A DNA stretch of 64,000 bases from an uncultured delta proteobacterium (lineage in GTDB: Bacteria > Desulfobacterota > Desulfomonilia > UBA1062): NCBI GenBank assembly GCA_963785235.1, contig CAWAUM010000003.1:96001-160000 (forward strand). The letters run 5' to 3'. The notes beneath the pieces are model-generated. The model saw only the letters and a list, made by a program, of their open reading frames with translations. It did no database searches and had not been told where the DNA came from. The first letter of the stretch is position 1. Every line of letters begins with the position of its first letter. Below, one piece after another: positions 1 to 9,212 of this stretch. A program made the position numbers and the translations under genes.

Positions 1-1212
1 GTTCAGGACCTGATCGGGGTTATGGAACCCCATGCTGTTTTCCGCAGCCACGATGTCCCAGAACCATTGGGCCTTGCGGACAAGTTCCCTCGCCTTGTCA
101 AGTCCGGCCTTGTCGGCCTTGTCTACTGCAGCAGCCTTGCCGATGACCTCATGGGCCCGGGCCACTGTCTGCCCTGCTATCCGCTGAAGCTGCCAGACAT
201 TGTTCTGCTGTGTCTTGACCCTTTCCAGAAACCACTGCGCGCCCTGGGTGTGGCAGGTCTGGCAGGATTCTTTCGCATGCTTCATGGGACTCGTCACCCA
301 GTGTGAAGAGTATTTCTGTCCGTTTTCCCGCATGAACGGCATGTGGCAGTCGGCGCAGGAAACACCCGATTTCGCATGAACGCCACCCGCCCAGGTTTCA
401 AAATCCGGGTGCTGGGCCTTGAGCATCTTGGCCTGGGAATCGGGGTGTACCCAGTCCTGCTCGAAATTGGCGGGCTTCTCTTCATAGTAGGCATACATCT
501 GTTCGGGGAGGTAGCCCTTGTCCCAGGGGAAGACGACCTTTTTTGTCTTGGGTTCGAAATAGTATTCAGCGTGGCACTGGCCGCATACATAACTGCGCAT
601 ATCTTCTCGGGGCGCTTTCTTGCACATCGATACCTTTACGCTGCATGGCCTCAATGAAGGCAGGATTGACGACACGGAGCTTCATGGTAGCCGGGTCATG
701 GCAGTTGGCGCAGGTGATGGGATGTTTCATTTTCAGAAATAAATCCGCAAGCGGCATGATGGCATAACCCCACCCCTTGCTCCTTGATAGATGTCTATGA
801 TGTTGGCCGTCTTGCACGTCATGCAGGCGCCCACACTGGCCGGTGTGACACGCTTCGATCCCTTGAGGTCCTCGACGGCATAGGGATGGCCCCGGTCTTC
901 CGAGTAGTCTTTGCTGAAGGGCATGCCCTTGAAGTTCATCGAGGATCTCCGGCTCCTTGATGGACTTCTGCACCTTCTCGCTGCCGCCGAACCCTGTGGG
1001 AGATGGCGCCATCTCCAGATTCTTCTTATAGCTCTTGTATTCCAGCGGGTAATACTTGCCCCATACAGCGGGGTCATATTCGCCTGCAGGCAGCTTGGCC
1101 AGTTTCATGGCTGTGGGGGGCTCAAGCAGGAATGCCTGGACGATTACAGCCGCAACAGCGACTACGCACCGAGCCCCACAATCATTATGATAATTTTTAT
1201 CTTGTTATTCAA
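1..1212 (-). CDS. nrfA: Cytochrome c552 ammonia-forming nitrite reductase NrfA; frameshifted in this sequence, 3' end runs off the window
   Basis: Pieces across frames give the CMTCK (CxxCK) active-site heme, CANCH, CGQCHAEYYF, KAQHPDFE, CADCHMP and CQTCH. TTG start at 1212 preceded by AGGAGG. Confidence 0.9.
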
Positions 1213-1640
1213 CTTTGATCCCTCCTGTTTCCTGTACAGGGCCATGGACAAGTCTGTGATGGCACTTGAGGCAATTGCCCCCTGTAAGGCCATGAACGTA
1301 TTTCCTACGGTGGAGTAGTGGCAGCGCAGACAGTTTCCTTCGGCGATCCCCCTCGCTTCGGCGAGATACCGGATTGAGGCCGGATAGCTCCGCAGGGTTT
1401 CATGGTAAAGATCATTGAGCCCGGCCTTTGTCTTGTAGGCAACCTTAATGGCGATGTTGCTGTCTGGCAGGTGACACTCGATGCATGCGAACTGTTTGTG
1501 GTTGGATTGCTGCCAGTGTGCGCCCACGTCTGCAACCAGACACTTCTATCGGTGGGACTGTTCTTCAATAAGAAGTAGGGCGAATCTGGTCATAATGAGA
1601 GCAATGGGCTTCTGAACCTGGGTTTTAAGCCTCCCCAACA
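1205..1640 (-). CDS. nrfH: NrfH/NapC-family cytochrome c quinol dehydrogenase; frameshifted, N-terminus looks damaged
   Basis: WQQSNHKQFACIECHLP, CLRCH and CLKCHH motifs. Stop overlaps the nrfA start. The first heme motif and TM anchor are not cleanly readable. Confidence 0.75.
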
Positions 1641-1677
1641 TTTCTTCCTGGTGAAGGGAGTTCTCTGCCGGGTTTAT

Positions 1678-2055
1678 CTATGGTTTTATCCTTTTCCAGA
1701 TCGTATCCTGTGAGGACTTCTGCCGCAATGTTCCACCGCCATCAGGTGAATAAATCAAGGTGAAAAGGCTTTCAACCCCTGATGTATCTGAACAAAAGAC
1801 CCTGTAGGTTGTGCTGTTATGGAGATGGCTCTTCTCTGTTTTGACCTTTTTGATCGTATACGTGAAGCCCTCTGAATCCTGTGAACCGAAGGTAATGGAT
1901 TGGCTTGAAATATCTATGTATTCACCTTTGTAAGCCTGATTATCCGTTGTCCAGGTACCTGCAATATCAAGAGGCAGGGACTTGCTGGAGTTACACTGGA
2001 TCATAAAAACACTGAATAGACAAAAGAGAATCCACAATAGTCTGTGTGTATTCAT
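1678..2055 (-). CDS. Hypothetical exported protein or lipoprotein
   Basis: 125-aa ORF with hydrophobic N-terminus ending MIQC, IAGTW motif, abutting the HD-GYP stop. Confidence 0.7.
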   Translation of the reverse strand: MNTHRLLWILFCLFSVFMIQCNSSKSLPLDIAGTWTTDNQAYKGEYIDISSQSITFGSQDSEGFTYTIKKVKTEKSHLHNSTTYRVFCSDTSGVESLFTLIYSPDGGGTLRQKSSQDTIWKRIKP

Positions 2056-4168
2056 TTACGCACACTCCTTGATCACATCATGTGCCGACATAACCTTCAG
2101 AAAAGCTTGGACTACCTCAGGATCGAACTGCCTGCCGGCTTCTTTGCGGATCTCTCTGAGGACAACAGCCGCCTCCATGCCGGGACGGTACGGCCGGTCA
2201 GAGGTCATGGCGTCGTATGTATCCGCAACCGCCATTATGCGCGCTCCAAGGGAAATCATATGCCCAGCGAGCCTTCTCGGATAACCCTTGCCATCGAAAC
2301 GTTCATGGTGCTGCAAAACTATTGGGATCATTTCCGCATATGACGATATCGGCTCCAGGATACGGGCACCACTTTCCGGATGCTCCTGGATTATTGCATA
2401 TTCTTCATTGGTGAGCTTCCCGTTCTTGTCGAGTATAGCCCGCGGGGTGCTTACCTTTCCTATGTCATGGAGCATGCCTGCCTTATTCAATACATCAAGC
2501 TGGTGCTTGCCGAGCCCCATGGTCTCTCCGATCCTCAAGGCTATTGCAGCGACCCGCTCGGAATGTCCTGCAGTCCAGGGAGATTTCGCATCAACCACCC
2601 TTGCCAGGGCTGTCAAGGTACCCCAGTTGAGGGTCTTGAGCTCACTGATGAGATATGCATTGGATAAGGCCACTGCCACGCGGTCGGTTATCTGACGTGC
2701 CCTGACCTGATGATCCTTGTCTTTGAAGACATCGTCCCGTGCCGCCAGAAAGACAATCGCCATCATATGGGTATTTAAGGTTATCGGCATGACAAGAAAG
2801 GAGGCCATATCCTTATGCACCAGCGAAGAGAGGTATTTCGGGATATAACTGTCCCGGGCAGAGATCAGGCACTCGGATTTATTATAAAGAAAGACAAGAT
2901 CATCATTATTCAAAGAATGTATTTCCAAGTCACTTTTTACAGCATGTGAAGGGATAGCACGATAATGGGTTATCCATCTTTCATCCGTACTAAGATAACG
3001 GTAGCAGACACCTGCCGCATGGCACGGACACAGGTCGTCAATCCGGGTTATAAAGGTATCGATGATACTTTCAAAGTCAAACTCGGACAGGATTGCCCGG
3101 TCAATATCCGTCATGGTCTGCAATGTTTTGAACTGCTCGTCTATGCGGGTAATCATTGTATTGAAGGACCCTGCAAGGTTCTCGAACTCATCTCCGCTGT
3201 TTATGATCACCCTTGATTCAAAATCTCCCTGGGATATCTTGAGCGTCCCCTGCTGGAGCCGTTCCAGAGGAACGAGATATCTTCTGATCTGATTGGTGCT
3301 GATCAACACAATGACAACGAAAGCCAACAGGATAACAAGGATGAATGTTATCTTAAAACTTTTCACCGGACTGAAGACATCTGCCATGGGCTCGGTCATG
3401 GCAAGTGACCATAATGGCCCGCTGAACCTGCTTCCCAAAAAAACCGGTACGCTGCTGAGGATGTCGTCGCTTATCATCTGGCTGAAAATAATCTGATCCC
3501 CTAGCTTGCCGTCATTTATCCGCTGATGGAGTCGGCCTGTCTGTTCCTCTGGCAGTGTAGTGAAGATGACTCGACCTTTTTCAACAATGCTCACCCCGAC
3601 ATTACCAAAAGAATCCTCATGACTTTGTAAGATGCCAAGCAGGAAGTATGGCCTTATCTCTGCCAAAAATGTCAGCTCTTTTCCTGATTTCTCTTTTTTG
3701 AATTTATACATGAAGATCGAGGCCGAGGTCTGTGAGCGGCTGTGAGTAAATAACACGGTTTTCCCTGCGGCCAGTTCTCTTTTCTGCTTACTGCTTAAAG
3801 CAGGCCAGTCCTTTTTATCCCCTAAGAGGTCTGAAAGAAGAAATCCGTCCTGAGAGGCTACCGACACTGCCGAAAAGTATCGATCGAATCCGTACGACTG
3901 TGTCCGAAGGTCGGTGTTCCTTATCCGTCTCATAATAGGCTGAGATCAATTCAATCTCATCTTCTGCAATGACGCACCGCTCTATCATAGACATCCCCAG
4001 GGTTACTGCCTGGTGATGGAGGCGGTCCTGGGAGGACTGTACGAGCTGATGGGATACCTGGTAGAAGGTGATGAAAGAAAGGATCACTAAGGGGACAATG
4101 GCGCTGAAGATAAACAACAGAAAGATACGATACGCGAATTTGCTCTTGAATAGCTCAAAGGATATCAT
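2056..4168 (-). CDS. Membrane HAMP-GAF-HD-GYP c-di-GMP phosphodiesterase, one frameshift near 3930
   Basis: TM in 3815..4168 ORF; second TM, HAMP (GDEFENLAGSFN), GAF, HDIGK and HHERFDGKGYP in 2056..3933 ORF. Confidence 0.88.
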
Positions 4169-4179
4169 GGCGTGGAGTT

Positions 4180-4785
4180 TTAAATAATGTCTCTGGCTAT
4201 GCCGAGGTATGACCCGTTGAATGCCCTGATGATGTCATCTTGGCTTGGATTTGCCTGGATGGTGTCTTGGCTCTTGCCGTCCTTGCCGATGCTGAACAGG
4301 TCATAATCCGTATTTATGGGATGTACAGGCCCGTTTTTCCTGCAACCAGTGCACTTGTGTTTATTGTCATTTGCCATTATGAATTCATTATTTTGATACT
4401 GGTAAGCTCTATCCCAAGGATCTTTCAGGCCACCCCTGCCGATATCACCCAGCGAATCGGGGTAGCGGTTGTTCTCGGCATAAAACTTCTCAATCAGCAG
4501 CCCAATGCCGGTCATGTCCGCCACAGCCTGTGCGGCATCAGTTTTTTCCTTGTATCCTGTATACGCCGGGACGGCTATTCCTGAAACAATGGCGATAATA
4601 CAGACAACCAGCATCAACTCTATGAAGGTGACCCCGCGGTTTGAACAGGATATCCACGTCATCATACCGCGCCGGATCGATCTTGCCGCATTTTGCGAAA
4701 AGATCTGTTTTGACTTTAATTCTTTTATATTTTCAGTATGATATGAAGGCTTCATATTCATCCTCAATATATTATTGAACATCAA
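4180..4785 (-). CDS. GspG-like prepilin/pseudopilin (true start may be nearer 4662)
   Basis: RG|VTFIELMLVV prepilin cleavage motif with E+5, DPWDRAYQY, and YDLFSIGKDG GspG-like C-terminus. Confidence 0.8.
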   Translation of the reverse strand: MMFNNILRMNMKPSYHTENIKELKSKQIFSQNAARSIRRGMMTWISCSNRGVTFIELMLVVCIIAIVSGIAVPAYTGYKEKTDAAQAVADMTGIGLLIEKFYAENNRYPDSLGDIGRGGLKDPWDRAYQYQNNEFIMANDNKHKCTGCRKNGPVHPINTDYDLFSIGKDGKSQDTIQANPSQDDIIRAFNGSYLGIARDII

Positions 4786-4946
4786 TTCTTTATCGGAATT
4801 ATCACAGCTATAGATTAATCGGGGCTATACCCTGAATAGTCTGCAAAACCTGCATGATCAGACCATGCAGCTAATCATTCTTTTCTCTTTGATCCCCAGT
4901 GTTGATGGATTATAACAAAACCATAGCGCAGAGAAAGGAACATGCC

Positions 4947-5261
4947 ATGTCGGAATTCAGGGATGTAACAATAGTCAAAAAGGCCAATGTTTATTTCAAC
5001 GGAAACGTTACCAGCCGCTCGATCATCTTTTCAGACGGTTCAAAAAAGACGCTTGGCATCATGCTTCCAGGCGAATACGAGTTCACAACGGCCGAGAGCG
5101 AGATCATGGAGATCTATGCCGGTGATCTGGATGTCCTGCTGCCTGGAACACAGGAATGGAAGGCCATCAAAGGCCCGGGTGCCTTTGAAGTGCCGGCCCG
5201 ATCCAAATTCAGCCTGAAGGTGAGGAGCCTGACGGATTACTGCTGCTCCTTTGTCAAATGA
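4947..5261 (+). CDS. ppnP: Pyrimidine/purine nucleoside phosphorylase (YaiE/DUF1255)
   Basis: [26 protein letters not shown] and DYCCSF; AAGGA RBS before ATG 4947. Confidence 0.9.
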   Translation: MSEFRDVTIVKKANVYFNGNVTSRSIIFSDGSKKTLGIMLPGEYEFTTAESEIMEIYAGDLDVLLPGTQEWKAIKGPGAFEVPARSKFSLKVRSLTDYCCSFVK

Positions 5262-5279
5262 GATCTTGTTCTCTATTTT

Positions 5280-7253
5280 TCAAACCTCGATGGCATCTCC
5301 TGCAATGAGTTCTTCCACGGTGATGGCCTCAGCCATGATATTGCCGATGATCTTTGAAAAGTTCGCAGGGTCATCGGGTTTTGAACCCTCTGATATGAGC
5401 GCCAGATCAAAGAGGAGACGGGCATAATCCTTAAGGGCAGGATCCTTCCTGTTCTTCTCAAATATAAACTTGATATTGGAAACGGCCGGATGGTCGATAT
5501 TGAGCTCGAGGATCCTCTTGGCAGGCTCGGTCTTCTGCCCGCTCGCCTTCATGATCTTCTCCAGATAGGGGCTCATATCATAGGTTTCCCCGGAAAGGCA
5601 CGCAAGGGAATCCTTCAGGTGCGTGGATACCTTCACATCCTTTACCCGGTCTTTCAGCTCTTCCTTGAGAAAGCCGAAGAAATCGCTGAACTCGTTCTTT
5701 TTCTTTTCATCTACCTCTGTGAGGCTGAGGTCGCCCTTTTCCGCGCTCGTGAATTTCTTGTGGTCGAACTCCCTTAAGACCTGCACGACAAACTCATCGA
5801 TGGGGTCGGTCATGAACACCACCTCGATGTCCTTTTCCTTGAGGCGCTCCAGGTGGGGGCTGTTCAGCAGGGCTGCGACATTCTCGCCGGTGATATAATA
5901 GATAGTATCCTGTCCGGGTTGCATGCGGGCCGTATAATCGGTGAGTGAAACATATCCCCCCTCGGATTTCGTGGTCTGGTACCTCAGGAGCTTCGAGATC
6001 CTCTCCCGGTTGTCGTGGTCGGTGGGGATGCCGATCTTCATGACAGGTCCGAACTCGGCATAGAACTGGTCGTATTTCTCCTTGTCCATGCCTTCCAAAA
6101 GGTCGAAGATACGCTTGATGAGGTTCTTGCGGATGTTCCTCACCAGGCTGTCCTGCTGGAGGATCTCGCGGCTGATGTTGAGGTTCAGATCCGGGGCATC
6201 CACCACGCCCTGGATAAAGCTGAAGTATTCGGGCATGAGCTCCTTGCAGTCATCCATGATGAACACGCGCTTGCAGTAGAGGTGGATCCCGTGTTTGCGC
6301 TCACGCATGGTAAAGTCCAGGGGGATCTTGGAGGGGATGTACAGCAGGGCGTTGTATTCGGTGGTCCCTTCGAACCTGATGTGGATATGCTCCAGGGGCG
6401 GATTCCAGTCATGGCTGATGTGCTTGTAGAACTCTGTATACTCTTCTTCTGAAACATCAGCCTTGTTTCTGGTCCAGATGGCCTTCATGGAGTTGAGCGT
6501 CTCTTCGCGCTTCACCTTACGGGTCGTTTCACCCATGGGTTGCCCTTGGCTGTCCTTGAGGAGTTCGGCATCCGGGATGGTTTCGTCGCGCTCCACATCC
6601 ATGACAATGGGGTAGTTCACGAAGTCGGAGTGGCGCTTCACCACATCCCGTATGGTCCATTCGTCCGTATAGTCGGGCTCATCTTCGTTCTTTTCCTTGA
6701 GCTTGAGGGTAACCGACGTGCCCCTTCCCTTCTTTGTGGTCTCCTCGATGGTATAGGAGCCGTCTCCTGTGGATTCCCACCTGGTCGCGGTCTTGGCGCC
6801 TGCAGCCTTCGTGATGAGGGTGACCTTTTCGGCCACGATGAACGAGCTGTAGAACCCGACACCGAACTGGCCGATGAGCTCGGGTGCGATGCTTTCCTTT
6901 TTCTTCATGGCGTCGATGGCTTCAAGGAAGGCCTTTGTGCCGCTCTGGGCTATGGTCCCGATGTTTTCCACCACCTCGTCGTACGTCATGCCGATCCCAT
7001 TGTCCTCGATGGTGATGGTCCTGGCTTTGGGATCAGGGATTATCCTGATCTTGAATTCGGTGTCCTTGCCAAGGATTCCCTGTTCGGTCTGCGAACTGAA
7101 CCTGATCTTGTCGATGGCGTCAGAGGCATTCGAGATGAGCTCCCGCAGGAAGATCTCGGGATGCGAATACAGCGAATTGATAATGAGCTTCAGAACTTTC
7201 TGAACCTCTGCCTTGAACTGGTGTGTCTCTTTCTTATGCTCTGCCTTCTCCAT
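5280..7253 (-). CDS. htpG: Hsp90 chaperone HtpG
   Basis: [24 protein letters not shown] and LNISREILQ. Confidence 0.97.
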   Translation of the reverse strand: MEKAEHKKETHQFKAEVQKVLKLIINSLYSHPEIFLRELISNASDAIDKIRFSSQTEQGILGKDTEFKIRIIPDPKARTITIEDNGIGMTYDEVVENIGTIAQSGTKAFLEAIDAMKKKESIAPELIGQFGVGFYSSFIVAEKVTLITKAAGAKTATRWESTGDGSYTIEETTKKGRGTSVTLKLKEKNEDEPDYTDEWTIRDVVKRHSDFVNYPIVMDVERDETIPDAELLKDSQGQPMGETTRKVKREETLNSMKAIWTRNKADVSEEEYTEFYKHISHDWNPPLEHIHIRFEGTTEYNALLYIPSKIPLDFTMRERKHGIHLYCKRVFIMDDCKELMPEYFSFIQGVVDAPDLNLNISREILQQDSLVRNIRKNLIKRIFDLLEGMDKEKYDQFYAEFGPVMKIGIPTDHDNRERISKLLRYQTTKSEGGYVSLTDYTARMQPGQDTIYYITGENVAALLNSPHLERLKEKDIEVVFMTDPIDEFVVQVLREFDHKKFTSAEKGDLSLTEVDEKKKNEFSDFFGFLKEELKDRVKDVKVSTHLKDSLACLSGETYDMSPYLEKIMKASGQKTEPAKRILELNIDHPAVSNIKFIFEKNRKDPALKDYARLLFDLALISEGSKPDDPANFSKIIGNIMAEAITVEELIAGDAIEV

Positions 7254-7302
7254 AGCGCCTCCGTTTGTTCTGGTGTTTAAATTATGTCGGATATCATAGG
7301 AT

Positions 7303-7332
7303 TACATAGGCACTCAAGGCTCAAAAATCAAG
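7303..7332 (-). promoter_or_regulatory. Putative RpoH (sigma32)-type promoter of htpG
   Basis: Minus strand CTTG-N18-CCTATGTA about 50 nt upstream of the htpG start. Confidence 0.5.
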
Positions 7333-7346
7333 GCGCCTCACATTTT

Positions 7347-7961
7347 TCAGGAAAACACCATGCCGGGAAAGAACCTTTTCATCTCGTCTAAGAACTGCTG
7401 TTTACCTGTATAGCAGATGGCATGCAGGCCTCTTGAACGGGCCCTTTCTACATGGCCTATGGTATCGTCGATAAAGAGTGTCTCGTCCGGCCTGAGACCC
7501 ATGACTGCAATGACGTCGGAAAAGATGCTCGGGTCGTTCTTGCTCTTGCCCAGATAGAAGCTGTTGAACACACGCTCGAACTCCTTGAAGAAATGCAATT
7601 TTGAATCAAGCTCATCAAGCCAGTTGGTCTGATCGCTCAGGATAGCCACGCGTACAGATGCCTCCTTCAACCTTTTTACCAGTACCATCATCCAGTCCCT
7701 CAGGATAAAGCGCTCCAGGATGATGGTCTTCAGCTCTTCATCACTGCTTGTAATCCCTGTTCGCGCCCTCAGTTGTTCCCATAAGGAGGCCTCGCTGCCA
7801 TGGCCGGTGAGGTACCCGCTTGAGAAGATCAGGCCCTGCACTGTATGAAAAAATTCATCCGCATCCAGAGAATTCACCGAAGCGATATGCATAATCCCGT
7901 TTCGGAACCCCTCTTCTGCAATCACCCCTCCAAAGTCGAACAATACGGCATTTATGTTCAT
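7347..7961 (-). CDS. HAD-superfamily phosphatase
   Basis: Motif I FDFGGVI, LSD, K, and FIDD motif IV. Confidence 0.9.
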   Translation of the reverse strand: MNINAVLFDFGGVIAEEGFRNGIMHIASVNSLDADEFFHTVQGLIFSSGYLTGHGSEASLWEQLRARTGITSSDEELKTIILERFILRDWMMVLVKRLKEASVRVAILSDQTNWLDELDSKLHFFKEFERVFNSFYLGKSKNDPSIFSDVIAVMGLRPDETLFIDDTIGHVERARSRGLHAICYTGKQQFLDEMKRFFPGMVFS

Positions 7962-7976
7962 CAGTCCCTCCTTCTG

Positions 7977-8936
7977 TTAGACCAGGAGCCCTAAGAAAAA
8001 GCCCCTGAAGATAAAGAGCACAGGCAGTATCCCTGCAAGAAATATAATGGAATTCCACACGAACAGATTGGATGCAAACCCTGCATCCAGATCGAACAGG
8101 ACGCATGATACCACTGAATAAATGGCGGCAGGCATGAATGACTGGATGAATATCACGGTCTCGATGGCAGGGTTAAGATGGAGTGCCTTAAGGATGAGGA
8201 GAGTTACTGCCGGCACAAGCAAAAATTTTATTGCTGCAAGGGCTGCATTCTCTTTTCCTGAACCAAAAAAGGCAGGCAACTCGAAATTGAGCCCCAGGGT
8301 AAAGTAGTACAGCGCCATGGATATGATGATGAAGATATCCACAGGGAATAAAATATGGGGTCTTTCAAATCCAAGGGCAAGGAAAACAAGCGATAGGACA
8401 ATGGCAAAAAGCGGCATGTTCTGGAGGCTCAGGAAATAGTCAAATACAGTTGCAAGGTCAAGGCCTTTTCCCGTTGATTGCCTGCGGGCATAGGGGAAGA
8501 TGACGAGAAAGACAAAGGGCATGAAATAGGAAAGAAAGAGAAACGCCAGCCCGAGCCCCTGTTCCCCTATAAGGAGGTAGCACAGAAAGGCCCCCATGGT
8601 AAATCCGTGGTTGGCCAGGGTTGAACTGATCAGAAAGGTTGCACCCTTTTTCTCAGAAAGGCTTAGCATGCCCTTGAATACCTTGCCGAAAAACATGCCC
8701 GACATCACCAGGAAGAACCCGGCCAGAGGTAGCCAGAAAAGCTCTTGGGTGAGGGCCAGCCCCCATGTGCTCCACAGGGCGATAATAGGCTCGATAATGA
8801 CCAGATTGACCCTGATGAGCTTCTTGGTAAAACCTGATAGATCGGGTATCCTGTGTAGGCTTTTTACCGCCATGCCTGAGGCAAAGGGGACAATGATCAG
8901 TATCTGGAAGAGAATGAATCTCGTCGATATGTCCAT
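7977..8936 (-). CDS. AEC (auxin efflux carrier)-family transporter
   Basis: About 10 TM helices, ANHGF and MPAA crossover motifs. Confidence 0.75.
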   Translation of the reverse strand: MDISTRFILFQILIIVPFASGMAVKSLHRIPDLSGFTKKLIRVNLVIIEPIIALWSTWGLALTQELFWLPLAGFFLVMSGMFFGKVFKGMLSLSEKKGATFLISSTLANHGFTMGAFLCYLLIGEQGLGLAFLFLSYFMPFVFLVIFPYARRQSTGKGLDLATVFDYFLSLQNMPLFAIVLSLVFLALGFERPHILFPVDIFIIISMALYYFTLGLNFELPAFFGSGKENAALAAIKFLLVPAVTLLILKALHLNPAIETVIFIQSFMPAAIYSVVSCVLFDLDAGFASNLFVWNSIIFLAGILPVLFIFRGFFLGLLV

Positions 8937-9052
8937 GGCGGCAAAAGTATCAAGCTCCTCATATAAGGATCAGTTACGACAGACCTTGTATCACACAACG
9001 TACCCGGCATGAAACTCATAGAGACAATTGTATTGTTTTTAAAATGTAGTCC

Positions 9053-9132
9053 GTAAAAAACCATCATCTCGCAGCCTTGATGGTCCGTTAAGATTAGCAT
9101 TCTTCAGTGGCTGCGAGATGATGGTTTTTTAC
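9053..9132. repeat. Perfect 24-bp inverted repeat with 32-nt spacer, related to the dispersed palindrome family
   Basis: GTAAAAAACCATCATCTCGCAGCC (9053-9076) and GGCTGCGAGATGATGGTTTTTTAC (9109-9132). Confidence 0.9.
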
Positions 9133-9212
9133 TGATCAAGTTTTGCGTATCTTAAGCGCAAAATCTGGGTTTATTGAAGTCCCGGGAACCAGCCTTACAG
9201 ACGATCAGTTTT

